From positions 61,318,001 through 61,382,000 of the forward strand of contig OZ320313.1 in the NCBI GenBank assembly GCA_976226885.1: 64,000 nucleotides of DNA, read 5' to 3'. Positions 51,295 through 64,000 of this stretch are shown in pieces (the stretch's first letter is position 1; the number at the start of each line of letters is the position of its first letter). This stretch comes from Iphione sp. A-MEVVRFRX5 (Eukaryota). The position numbers were made by a program, and so were the translations under genes. The notes beneath the pieces were generated by a model. It ran no database searches, had not been told where the DNA came from, and saw nothing but the letters and a program-made list of their open reading frames with translations.

Positions 51295-54200
51295 CCTGCA
51301 TCTATTTTCGAAAGCTTTCTACGGAGCTACTTCTGCTCCCTCAATCTTTCCTAAAATGCTTCTGCCTAGAAACCCGAACGCTAGTGGACTGTCAAGAAAT
51401 TGCGGAGGTAATTTCTTTTGTTCTAGAAACCTATCACTCTTCCACGATATGGCCGCCGCTATTGATCGGACGAGCGTTAACAATCAATATATAGATATCC
51501 ACTGTGCGTAATTGTCCTGTTTGCATTTGCTGCCGCCCCTGAGTGGCCTACCTACCACTGAAAGCGCACCCGCCGGTCTACACCATCACCTACTTCCAGT
51601 GATGAATACCAAGGGGGCGGCCACACTTGGACGTCGGATGAGGTGTCGGAGTAGGGGGGAATTAGTATCACGAGGGAGAGGAGCAAGGGGTATGTAGAGG
51701 AGAAGGGTGGACATGGACACTTGACGCAGAGCTGGTTAGAGGGTAGTGGCTTCCTTTCCCTCGGACGTACACCCTGCCGCCTAAGTAAGTGTAATTTCAC
51801 AGCCAATTGCTCTTCCCGAAAGGGTGACCTGCCACTAAAATAGAACATTGATGGAAAAGGCATCAAGTTCTTGGTCATTAGGTGACCTTCACCCTCCTTT
51901 AAGACTTTTGAGAGCGCTTTCAAAGCCGTTCTTTGGTACTGGATAACAACATTCACTAACCACCATGAACTATCTTTTTAACTAAGTAATCGAAACCTTT
52001 TGCTTGTAAATGAGGCTAGTTGTAGACCATGTTCTACAGTCACATCTAATGTCTACATCAGAGATGCTCACCAGAGATGCTAATAAACAGACCTGACAGT
52101 CTGGACTTGAGCATCAAATCGAAAGAATAAGTACTTGCATTGCCAATTTGTACCAACAATTTGTGTCTGCTATGCATTTATTTTTCACGCCCGGGCAAAT
52201 AGGCCTATAGCCTGGTAAAATAAAGTTTAAAAAATGCTACAATTTCTTTTCATGTTTTGGCTGTTAGCTAATAGCGACAGGTCTTGGCTTATTAGTGAGA
52301 GGTAATTTCTATCAAGATGCGTGTTTGACTCTACAATAGAAACACACAGTATGTACTATTATCACTAAGTCTGTTGCCTGGTAGAGGTTTTAAGGGATGT
52401 CTTGTTTAATTTCTTCAGTCGGCGCACGCAGGGATGAGAATCTCTTTGAAAACTTTCAATGCACGTATATTTATCATATACATAATAGACAATATGTTTT
52501 TGCAGACAATACAAAACAAAGGCAAGTGAAAAGTCAAGGAACGTACATGCGAACATGCAGTTCCCGATTAGCTAAGGGGAAGCAAATGATTGTCGGACCT
52601 TGACTCGTATAGTTTGGTAGGAGATATAATTCCTGAATTACTTTGAACAACAGCATGGTCTTGTCTGTATTGTTGTGTGTATGTATATATTCATATTGAC
52701 AAAAGGAGACTTTCATGGCCAGTTATCAATTCGATCAGAAACGGTTCTGTAGCTCCCTACCTCCTCCAGCACGCAAACTGCTTTTCGATGCGCCATCAAG
52801 GAATCCTTAGTGCAGAGCGCACCATTTTACTTCAGTAACGGCTGAAGTCGTCAGCCCTGGCCTCTCTTGGGACCTCAGCTTCATATTATTCCTGTTTCAG
52901 GCTTTTGACCGTAACATTTGTGTTGAATAAGAAAACACTAACCTACCGACCCTACATTTTTTCAGCTTGTTAGTCGAAACACAGTTATCTTTTTTCAGGC
53001 CTTATCAATCTGCTCTACATGAAATAGCAAACGTAGTTCCTTTTTCATGCAGATCAATATACGTCTACTTCTGCACGGATATATTGACTCAATCGCTCCT
53101 GGGGGTGTTGTCTGTAATTGGACACCCATACTATACTAAATTCACTCGTATATGTGTATCGGACCTAAATATACACATGTGCACAGGTAGGAAACGTTAA
53201 ATGGAGGCAGGAAGAGAGGAGGGAGGGAGGAAAGTACGTGTGCATAAGCAGAAGCAAAGTGAACTTGCACATGAAAGAGCAGCCAGTAAGGTTTGTAGTT
53301 GGGTAAATGCAGATGACAGTGATTGTATTCTTCCATCAGCAGGCGACCACATTGAATGCGTCCTCAAGATCAAAAGGCGGATATCATCCAGTGTACTCAT
53401 GTTGGAATATACGAAGCATGTGCGTCTTCCTTATTTCTGTAGTACCGGTATATGTGCGGACATGAGCAATGATGGCAAGAGCGGTAACAGAGGGAACCAA
53501 TGTAAAGTATACACTGTGGAATTGGCTATATAACAACTCTGAGAGACAAGTTACGTCATCGACGCGGCCGCTCGTGGTTTTTTTACCAAGCCATTGCTTC
53601 TATTGGTTTTTTTTTGTCATAACGAAAATGTACACCCTAATTAGTAAACTATAGAGTTATGCACAGATATACCAAAATGTTAATATGATATCCGGCGATA
53701 TTCTGTATTATAGTTCGTTCAAAGAGAGACGCAATGAAATGATCACTAAGAAAAAAGCTGTGTAGGACAGTGATTTTATAGATTAAGCATGGGAAATATA
53801 TTTTTCATTTACGTTAGGTTGACCACACTTGAGTGTCCAATATTCGGTAAAAACTGGAGTTGTTTGGCCAAATACGACTTAACAGACAGACCATAACGCA
53901 GACATAATCTGGCATCAGGACTGTCTGGTGTAGCAGAGAATATGACTTTTTTCATAGGATGATGCATAAACACAAAGCGGACATGACCTGGAGTCACGAC
54001 GGTTTTTGGTCAGAATATAAGGCCTGTCTATGTTTTTGGCATTACACTGTGTAGTAAATGTGAAGACCCGCTCCTTGTCAGCCCAATCAGCCATCCACAG
54101 AAGGCAGTACAGTTTGCTGTTCTGGGCTTTGTTCTGCAAATCTAATGCAGTGGGAGGACTTTGCATTTCTTCATCACTCTTGGGTGATCTTGACAATGGA

Positions 54201-57200
54201 GAAGTCGCACAGTAGCCGCGATTAGCTGATCTAATCATACCCGCCAAGTATTATGATTTAATGCTATGTCTGGATCAGTTGGGCGTCGTGTCCATCTTGA
54301 TTGGCCTATCGCTTATTTGCGAACAAATGTATGTCAACTTCTAAATCATTTCCCATCCTCGAGCGAAAGATATCTACATCTGCATCTGAATGGGCAATAT
54401 ATATGGAGATAGATTTTGTTGAGGAAAATGAATGTTGATAACGGACAATACACAAACATGTGTAACGAGGTGCACGATACGTGTCTATCCCTAAATGCGG
54501 TTGACGTATCGCATAGAGGACTCCGGTCGTTAGTCCCAGAACTGACGCTTTGTCCTTTGGGCTTGGATGGCTTTAATTTTCAATTTTTGATTCGTATCTT
54601 TAATCTGTTTCAACAATCTTAGTGAAAGCATCTGTGTAATGCATAAATATTGTGTTAGTGACATTATAAGATTTTTTTGTAAGTGCATAGTTTTTGTAAG
54701 TAAAAAAGTACCCATATACGTGGGCAGCATCAACTGTTATTATTCATATATCATTCCATCAAGCATATACAATCAATTATCAGTTATCCAGAACTATATG
54801 TTACAAGGAGATGTGTCTCTCGCTAATCAATACTCTCAATAAAGATTACTGTCAATAACAAAAAAACATAAGAGGTTTGGTATATAACAGATCTATCTAC
54901 ATACCATCTTTAAGGACAATTTCTTTAACACTCATTTTCCCTATGCCTTAGTCCTCGAACTGCTCGAAGGTTTCTAGTAAATACATGTACCCATTTTCCA
55001 TAGCTATATCATGTTACTAGTATGAAGCTGACGAAGTGTTATCTAACTATAGGATCCATTGACCATTCATCTAGAGTTTAAAACAGTCAACCACCAGCCC
55101 ACATAACTGAGGAACTATTGTCACAAACGTTATTCTGTAAACCGCTATCCATCAACGTCAACAAACGGACCGTTAACTCAATAACGGGCTGTGCAAGAAG
55201 GCCGCTTTGTGGATCTTCATCAACGGACTACATTTATATACTTACGTAAGTGTGAATGACCACTAAACGTGGTCAACATCAGCCCATTAATTAACAGGGC
55301 TACAAATACCAACTACCGTATATACTTTTTCTTTGTATGACACTTACCCTCTTGTCAGCTTCTAGGTGTTGCCCGAATACATTTTTGAATTATCATATGG
55401 TAATCTTTACTGTATTACATTGTTACTTTTATCCCAGGGAGACTGACCTTTTGTCGTTAACCTCCTTATCCCTCTGCGTAGGTACGACAGGCCCATTAAT
55501 TTCGGTATGTTGTTAGAACGACATCTGGGTGTTGAATGTCAGTTTTCCCCGTGTTCCTGACATTTGTTAAATAAATTTCAACTCAAGTTGAATGGAAATT
55601 GTCCCGGTGAGAGGTTCATGACTCAAGTAAACCCACGCGCTTGCTTAAGGTCCTCTCGAGGCAGGCCTACCGTCTCTCATACCTAACAAGAAACGGCGGG
55701 AGCCATCTTTGCATGCGTCCCGCAGGCTCACGACGGTTGACTTGGAAAATAGCACACGTCCTGTCCGTGCGCCCCACAAGGAGAGAGAGTCTGGAATGTA
55801 CTTAGTGAGTCTGTAGTGCTTCCAAGCCGCAGCCGAACGTATGCGGCGACCAAAACCGTCTGGGAAATCAACCCGATTGGATGCCTCAGCGCCCATGTGT
55901 TTAGTCACAGGATACAGTCGCAAGGCAGAATAAACATTAGAGTATGGTTGCCATTCAACACAACCCAGCTCGAATCTGTCCTCTGCCTCTCACGGAAAAC
56001 TGGCAGACAGTAGGAGATACAGAGAAATAAAGGACAGACATGGAGCTAAGCAAAGCAAAGGGGAACACAGAGCGAAGGAGAGACACGGACAGGGACGCCG
56101 AGAGACGAGTCAGTATTACAGGAATATACTCTGAAATAAATCATGTAGGACACCTTTGAAGAGTACACTTGAAAGATCGTTTGATAAGTGTACCTAGTAT
56201 TATTCTAAGTACACGATCAAGTGAATCATGTATGCATTGATCTGCAAAGTTGGTTCTGCTATTCCCATAAAGATAATTCATGGGCGTGATGAAACCTCTT
56301 TCCAGGCCACCAAAAGAGTCCAGTGCCAATTTGGGAAACATCAGATAAATTGTGTAGGTATTTTGAACCAATTCATGTAAGACAAATGCTTGCACTCGTC
56401 CTTTGAAGCATATTCATGTTGACAAATAATAAGATTTCGATCTGACTGGTCGGGACATCAAGGGGGGAGGGCGAGCAGTTTCACCACCCGCACAATCATC
56501 TTCATTTCAGGTCACTTACTAACTGCTCTATGTACTGGAGGGATATATCGATGACAAAACACTTAGGAACTGTCTTTGAAATCGGATAAGTACTGCATAC
56601 AAACGGTGATGTCCTTCGAGTTCCTACAAACACAAAGGTTCCTAAGAACACAGAATGCACTCAGGATAATGGAGAATCGAATTAATATCAAATGAATGAA
56701 ACATCAAGAAATGGCTTCGGTGTAACGATGAAAAGGGTATGATTGTATGAATGTATTCACAACCATGTCCTCATCTCAGTATTAAAGTAAGTTATGTTAT
56801 TATATGGCCACCCATGCAACACATTATACAGTATTGCTCTGGGAAAAATGGGAGAGAAAGCAAGTTTCAATCTCTTTGTACATCAGAATAAAATGGCAAA
56901 GTCATAGCTCCAGGTAGGATCACATTACTCACATGGTAATGCTAACTCGGCCAACATGCTTATATACGAGGTTTCAAAGAGGTCCAAGTTTTAGAAAGCC
57001 TTCCTATGTTCAACAGTAATTAGCCAAAACGGGTTCAGAATGTTAGCCAGGAAGTTGAAGGTGGACTAGCAATGATAAAAAATTATTTCGTCAATCTGGG
57101 GAAAAATGGACACAACGTGGCACATACTAGGGTCAGAGAGAACTGGGACCGACTGTCGGAAGTGAGTTCATTGATAGGTACGTTTTGGGGAAGGAACGTA

Positions 57201-57348
57201 GCCAAGAAGTATTTCTCATTTAAATCAGTGTCCAGCAGCCTCCCCAGGCCCTGGCTGTTTTAGCCGCCTTCAGGCATAGGGACACGAGTACCAAATCAAC
57301 CAACATCTCTCTTTTGAGGGCCTTTCAAGGAACAGGTTCAACACAGCG

Positions 57349-57363
57349 CCCCCCCCCCCCCCC
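57349..57363. repeat. Poly-C run (15 nt)
   Basis: Read directly from the sequence. Confidence 0.9.
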
Positions 57364-60300
57364 GCGAATTCTGCTTTAGGAAATACATGTGTTTATAAGT
57401 GGTATTTACATTCATTAGATGTATGTATTTCTTGTAGGCGAACATAGAACTATTTTTATTTGGAATTGTTAAATGCCTGATGTTCACTATTTTGCTTGTC
57501 CTCCCAAAATGTTTCACTCACCAGCACGTGAAGCTGAGTTCGGTGGGGCTAGTAGTATAGAGAAATGCAAACTTGAACGCCATTCATAATGAAGCGTTCA
57601 GTAACGATTATTTTCCCAGAGAACACTTTACGGAAGGTTTACCTCACAAATGTAAGGCCAAAATGCTTGATAGATATAAATGTCAGAAAGATAGAGTTGT
57701 GTACTTTGGCAGCTTCTATTCATGAATGAATTGGCCTGCCCCTTTGAGTTCCCTTTGTCAGCCCCCTCACTCTTAGGTCTGAGCATGCTTCGATGGGGTT
57801 GGGGGTGATTTGTTCATGTCCTGAGTGCCCTGATCTTTCACTTGGGCCCTGGCCCGAGGCCATAACCTCCCACCCTCCTGCTTCAACACCACCACCCTCT
57901 CCACCAGGTGCGTTGTGGTCGCTACATCCCCAGAGGTTTATTAGATTCCATGTTTGCGTGCCAGCAGCTGAAAACGGCCGCGAGAGACACATCCTGAAGT
58001 GGAGGCTCTAAGAGCCAGTTGCCCTAAGCCAGCCACTCTTCAACCTCAGTGCCTCGAACGTCCGTCCTCAACGCCAGGCTACCACTAGTTCGCTGGGCAA
58101 GTCAATACAGATTTAGCGCGATGGCCAAAAGTTACCTTCTTTTCTCGGCCACCTGCAGCCTCAACTAAAAATAGCCAATCCTCAAGGGCGTGGGAATCTA
58201 CCAAGGTGTTCTGAGCTTGCTACTTATGTAAAGTTGCGCGGGGAAATTAGACGAACAGCTAGCATTTAAGTTAGTAGCACCCAAACGTAAACGAATTGTG
58301 GAGATAGATGACTCAGCAGCATACGTCTCAGAAGATACGTTTGATATTGTTACATCCGGCTTCTCAGTTGTCGCTGCCGGGACGCCTCAAAATGCGTTTG
58401 GGCTCTCATGTTTTGCGCATACAGTTATTGTTTACCCAACATAAAACTAAGACGATATAGCTGAAGTATGAAGAGGAAGGTTTCGCAAAGTACAATTCGT
58501 GCAAAGATAAAAAAAGGCTGTTACTGAAGGACTGCTCGAATCGAAAGAAAAGAGGATAAAAACAAAACGTCAGAAAAATCACATCTGAAAAAGAAGCCAG
58601 ATGGAGCATAATAGGGAGGAGAGAGAAAGATGCGATAGGAGGAAAACAAAACAGACAGTCGGATATACAAAGGAAGATGGAAAGTGAGGGAAAATAAAGC
58701 AACACTCACAGAGGGAATACAGAATCAGGGGCCCGCTTTTTGGATTCTGGATCTTCCTTAATCTGGGATAAAAAGAAAACAAGAACACTTTTCTCAGCTA
58801 CTTGCTCCCCTGCAGTGGTCATGAATCATCTGGAGTTCAATCAATCTGTGGGGCTATGAAATAGATATCGAATATTTTATTACCCAGTGTATCAAAACAA
58901 ACTAGGGCCAGGAAATCATAATGAACCGCCCAGTGGAAATAAAAGGACTGGATATTAAAATATGCCATTCAGATGATGGCGCGATATCTCATGGGCCCTT
59001 ATAGGCCATACCTTCAGGCAATCGATGGAGCCAGGTACAAAAGCTAAGATGATAAACTGTGATAAAGAAACCGCATTGGGCACTCTCTGTTGGTGATACC
59101 GCAACCTAGCCTGACTTTTACTTCCCTTCTTTATGGACGGCACCAACCTGGTTAGGATCGATATGGCGGAGAAACATTGACCTGTGCGTCGTCTTCTCCC
59201 CTAGATCAACATAGGAACGGTGATGAGCTACACTGATTTAGTGGCCTTCGGTTAGTGCGAAGCAGCTACGCCTGTCTCCTGCTGTCATGTACGAACAAAT
59301 ACAACGTGCTGATGACAGGTAATTGCCAGCCTATTTAGGTGATGATAACCTCACCCTCAAAAGGCACATCTCTCTCGCCATGGCTTCGCTGCATGCCTAT
59401 CGGTGCTCTGAGGACAGGCACGCCATGCACGTTAGATACGGAGAAAATACGAACAAGGAATGTATGGGTGTGGGGTTGCGTGAAGGGGGGGGGGGCTGCC
59501 GCTTCTCGGTTTCCGCTCTGATCGGCTTAAGTGAGATTGGTCATTGTGTGCCTAGGCGTCGATAGGTGGTGGGGTGAACAAATGTTGCTTGTACTAATTT
59601 CATGCGTGGCGAGAAGCGAGGCGGTCGTTCCCAGATGCAGTCTACCCGTTTGCACCTCCCGCACTGGTGTCCTTCTTTATCAGTTTACTAAGGCAGCGCG
59701 TGGCAGCAGAAATGGGTGGGGCTAAAGACTATTGACTGACAGTCAAGAGACCCAATGATTTCCTGTCTTGGAGCATTTCACACCCTGTCTCACTAACTCA
59801 GCTACGGTTCCAAAACTGCCCAGTAAGAATAATTCACAAGAAGTGAGAAAACTACAGTAGAATATCAGTAATGTACAAAACTGATTCAAATACATAGAAA
59901 AGAGTGTGCACCAGGAAAAAATTAAACTAGGAGAAATGGACAAATTTAAGACTAAACTGTTCGCTCAACAACTAGAATTTTTTCTCTGTGATGCGCCCTG
60001 TTGTTGACCTTTTCGTTGACGTCTGCTTAACTGTCCATACCGATTCACGGGTTTTGCAGGCTGCCTGAAGAGATAACAGATTAATTAATTACGTGCAACA
60101 TAAATCTTGACGCAAGTGTCTCTACAGTTTAATTTGAAAATCAGCATGTATCTCATTCCGGTGCAGGAAGTATATACGGTGCCCATCTATAGAAGTGTCT
60201 GTGCAGTACTGTCGGACGAGATAACATTTTACGTTCCCATCATTAGTATCAAAGAGAGTACCCCAAACTCGGCTACAAACATCCTCTTGCAGCTAAGAAG

Positions 60301-63300
60301 TGGTACTTTACGATTTAACACCGCCTTTGAAGGCAATTAAATTCCATTGCTAGGACAATGATTATTTGGCAAAAAAGACAGTAAAGATTAAGCTGTCTCC
60401 ATAGCAATCTTTTCCACATAGCAATCTCTTTCCTCACCAATTCACCATATGCAATGTGTCATTTGCACCATATATGTGCTCCATATACATGTATGTGTAG
60501 GTGTATTCCCTTTGCGAACACTTTTGGACCTTATTGGTTTCTATCAGTTTCTCTTACGGTAATACTGATATTTAGGTCAATTGGATATTGGTAAAGGGAG
60601 CGTTCTAGGTATAGTTATAACTTGATGAAAAACATCAAGTATCATTTTAATGATCAATATTGATGGACAAAAGCTTATGTAAAATGCCTTATATTGATGC
60701 AAAGATTTGGCCATGGCGCGCAGAATTTTACCGACAGTGGGTCCATGTAGGACGTTAATGCTCCTCATATGAAGCGCAATGTGAGTGTCCATATCAGTCA
60801 GAATTAACTGCATAAGATGCCTCCTAGCAGACAGATGATTGAATGCGCTATAGTAGTTTGACAACTTTAATTACTCCCTCTCCCGCAAGATAATTAATCT
60901 ATTGGCACTCACATATGCAACGGCGGTCCCGCAATATTCTAATATGAAATGGATTTCAAGGAGATGTCGAGGCAAAATCGATCGGAGCTGCACCGTTAAG
61001 AAATTGAGTATGAGCAGCTCTAAATCAGGGTCATGACTGCTCAAAGATTTACTCTTCAATATGCGTACAGTTCCTCGTGTTTTCGGTGGTTATTAACCAA
61101 AAGGCGAAGAGAATTGGGATTTTATGCCGTTCTGTCGATTTAACGTCGTCTGCGGTTAGGTAAATATTCCCTTATTCAGTTTTATTTGGAGGGGGATCAC
61201 GAAATAGCTTTCATTGAACACATTTAATTTATGTCACTGTCGATTCGTAGTGACACTATAATTGTACGTAAATATCTCGTTTTAGATATATGAAGTTTGA
61301 ATTTGTGGTAGATGGGAGCATAGAATACACTGGATTCCATATTAGATACTGCTGTGCTGTCTTTTTTATGGGAATACCTTTGCATGAGGGTGTGGTATAT
61401 ATTGCTTTGACCTGTACAGAATGCGCTATACTTCTGCTGCAGGAATGATGATAAAGTACCCACTAGTCGCAGAATGCGGAGTAGCAGTAGCGGGAAGAAG
61501 TAGATTAGATTGAATCTTTGTCTTCTCAAACGGGCCATTCCAGTAATTGCCCCTAGTTCTGGGTTTGTTCTCTTTACAAGGGCAGACTGAATAGACAGTG
61601 AAGTGCAAATGTTTCGGCAGGCTACCTTTATCTGGGTCATAATAGATACATGAGTAGATGCCGATAGGGCGAGCAGCTTACACCGGTTCGTGGGGCATAT
61701 AGCACTTCTCACCTCGCTCCACTAAGCACTAGTAACGACCTAATACACCAACGGGGCGGGAAGGTTGCTACTCAAGCCGACGGGGTTATTTCATGGTTGA
61801 TTGACCGCAACACACTTCTCAACATATTCACAGAGGTTACTAACAGCCTGCCGCCACTGAATACATTTTTTCCCGCTGGTTTCCCTCTCTGTTTGTCCCA
61901 TATCAATCACATTAAAGACGACTCACACTTGTAAAACTCGCCTTTACTGTGTACCTGCAGAAGTCACTGGCGGCCGGTTTATCACTGATCCCGCGTCAAT
62001 AAAAAAACCTTCAGTCGAGTGATTCAGCACAAAGTGCAAACGCGTGTCGAGGTGTAACGTTTCACGGACATCAATGTGGATGGAAACACTGGCTGGGAAG
62101 CCTGGCAAACGAGTCAGCTGTAACCCCACCATTCTACTCTTTCCCCCTAGCAATTTCAGATTTAGATCGATCGCGTTTCATTTTACATCCCGCAACGAAC
62201 ACAGACCGCAACTCTTGTGAATGACGTGCAACTCGTTTGTCAGCACCTAAATTCATGACCGTGGTCAGAATCCGTCTGTCACAAAATCCACGGCCCTTGG
62301 TTAAAATGCAGGTGCATATAGATACATGTACAAAATGCGTGTAATTTAAATATGAATTGGTATATTTGATTTATACAGACCTTCGAACCAAGCCAGCATT
62401 GCCATATAAGCACGTTACGAGAAATAAATGGTATTACAATTACACTCTGGATACAAGGGTACTACTATCAGATGGCTGTTTACATAATGGCGAAAGGAAA
62501 TATTGATGATTCAACAGATAAGAAAGAATAGATCTAAAAGAGAAAGAAAAGATCTAAAGGCAATTATTTTCCCTGTGTAAATGTACAGATTTTTTAAACC
62601 GAGGGGCGTGTGCAAAGGCCCATAGTAAGGCGAAGTTTAATTTTTCCAGAAATACCAAACCGTTGGATTACATGTAGGCATAAGTGACGATATTCCCAGG
62701 TGACAGTGGAAATCTTATCAGCCAAATGGTTTTAGAAAGGGGAACACCTACTAGTGCCTGGTTATGGTCGTGCACACGCATGTGCTGCAGGGCAGAGCCG
62801 AAAAAAAAGTGTTGGAATTTGGATGTCATGCTATCAAACAGTAAGACATTGCATGATTCGTCCATATCGGCTCATGGTATTCATTATCAAAGTCACATTA
62901 TTCATTGATTTTGCGAGCGTGAGAGATTTACAGGTCCAACCTTACTAAATAACCGCACTTACAACCACCCATGCAACACTTGCCTATTTGTGCAAAGTCG
63001 TTTCCCATTTTAGTCCAAGTAACAACAATAACAAGTCCGCCTCCGAGTGGATACATGCACATATTTATGAGTACAGAAACTGTTCGTCAGTTATTTGTCC
63101 CCAAAACCGACGCCCCTTACATGCATGCATGAATATGTACATCAATAAATGTCGAGGCATCCAAAAATGTACGATGTACATGTACTTTCTAATGATTAAA
63201 ATTCGTACCAATTCCAAATCCATAACTTGAGGAAATGAATAAAATTTTGGCTTTGTTGCTAAATGCTTTCACTGACCCTGTAGAACGTTCCTCTACATGC

Positions 63301-63657
63301 GTCACAGTCAGGTATATTTTTCTATACACACAGACCAGAAGAAACACCACGAAAGGATATTTCAACGTTTATCGTCCAGCTGTTCGTATATTTTCCCTTT
63401 ACAACGGTAGAATATCGAATGACTACATCCGGCGTATCTGTGTTACTTTCAGCTCCCATGGCGAGAATATGAGATCGATTTTATTGAAACATTGCATGTC
63501 GGCTGCCATGGTGTAATTATGAGCTGTATCTTTCTAGATCATTTGAAACATGATATTTAAGTTAGCTATTTCATGCAGTATTATTGTTTTTGGCCCTGTA
63601 CAAAATATGCAACTATTACAAAACAAAGCAAGATATAGGAGAGGTACTTGCATGGCC

Positions 63658-63681
63658 TTCATTTATTCATTTATTCATTTA
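63658..63681 (-). repeat. (TAAATGAA)3 on the minus strand, possible retroposon 3' tail
   Basis: TTCATTTA occurs three times on the plus strand. Short AATAAA-containing tandem tails are typical of L2/CR1-group 3' ends. Confidence 0.45.
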
Positions 63682-63789
63682 CAACAAGACGTCATTTGTA
63701 CAGAAGCCCCGGTGGAGCCTGCAGAAGCTGTCCGTGTGTGCGTCCAGTCGGGGAATTTGCGTTTTTGTTTTCCCATAACCTCATTACAG

Positions 63790-63849
63790 TGGTGTCCCTT
63801 GAGGGACAGTGCAGAGAAGTGAAGAGAAGTGTGTACCATAAAGGGACAG
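63790..63849 (+). CDS. Candidate 60-nt symmetric (phase 1-1) internal exon
   Basis: Pyrimidine tract plus TTACAG acceptor at 63789 and CAG|GTATGA donor at 63850. Only the phase-1 frame is open (VSLEGQCREVKRSVYHKGT). Confidence 0.3.
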
Positions 63850-64000
63850 GTATGAACAGTGGTAAAAAAAATGCCAAAATAAAGCTTATTTCATGGAAAG
63901 TCAGCTGAAATCTTTTTAATGGAACTTTGCTCACAAAATGGTAAAGGAAAAGATGGATTTGTGTGTAAATCATGCTGAAAACTGAAGAGATATGAAGAAA

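Noticed and set aside
58004-58016. Histone 3' stem-loop-like GGCTCT-A-AGAGCC
   Set aside because: The loop is 1 nt rather than 4, and there is no histone CDS upstream.
61224-61712. 162-aa minus-strand ORF
   Set aside because: No recognisable domain, splice signals or codon bias.
1-64000. Prokaryotic or phage defence system, operon or other multi-gene novel system
   Set aside because: There are no long ORFs, no gene-dense region, no ribosome-binding-site pattern and no regular repeat-spacer array on either strand.

Overview
This is eukaryotic, mostly non-coding DNA of moderate GC content (roughly 40-45% by eye, not computed). The longest ORF is 199 aa and is low-complexity. I found no operon, CRISPR array, rRNA, tRNA or intact transposase/reverse-transcriptase gene, and there is one 138-nt assembly gap. 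The best-supported features are: (1) a first exon encoding a signal peptide plus a TNF-receptor-type cysteine-rich module (23558-23681), too short for the ORF track; (2) two TA-flanked, CAG-ended pogo/Tc1-mariner-type MITEs (4281-4459, 48730-49354); (3) a decayed Ty1/copia reverse-transcriptase fragment; (4) a small gene with two 54-55 nt fungal-style introns (38994-39345); (5) CTCF, octamer and ETS motifs; and (6) retroposon-like 3' tails and simple repeats. Sequence style changes block by block (marine-invertebrate-like, fungal-like, alga/plant-like, apicomplexan-like), and the candidate exons have no visible partners. The window may therefore be a mosaic, chimeric or synthetic sequence rather than one locus. 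I did not find a supportable new multi-gene system. All taxon and protein-family calls are from pattern recognition and need database confirmation.
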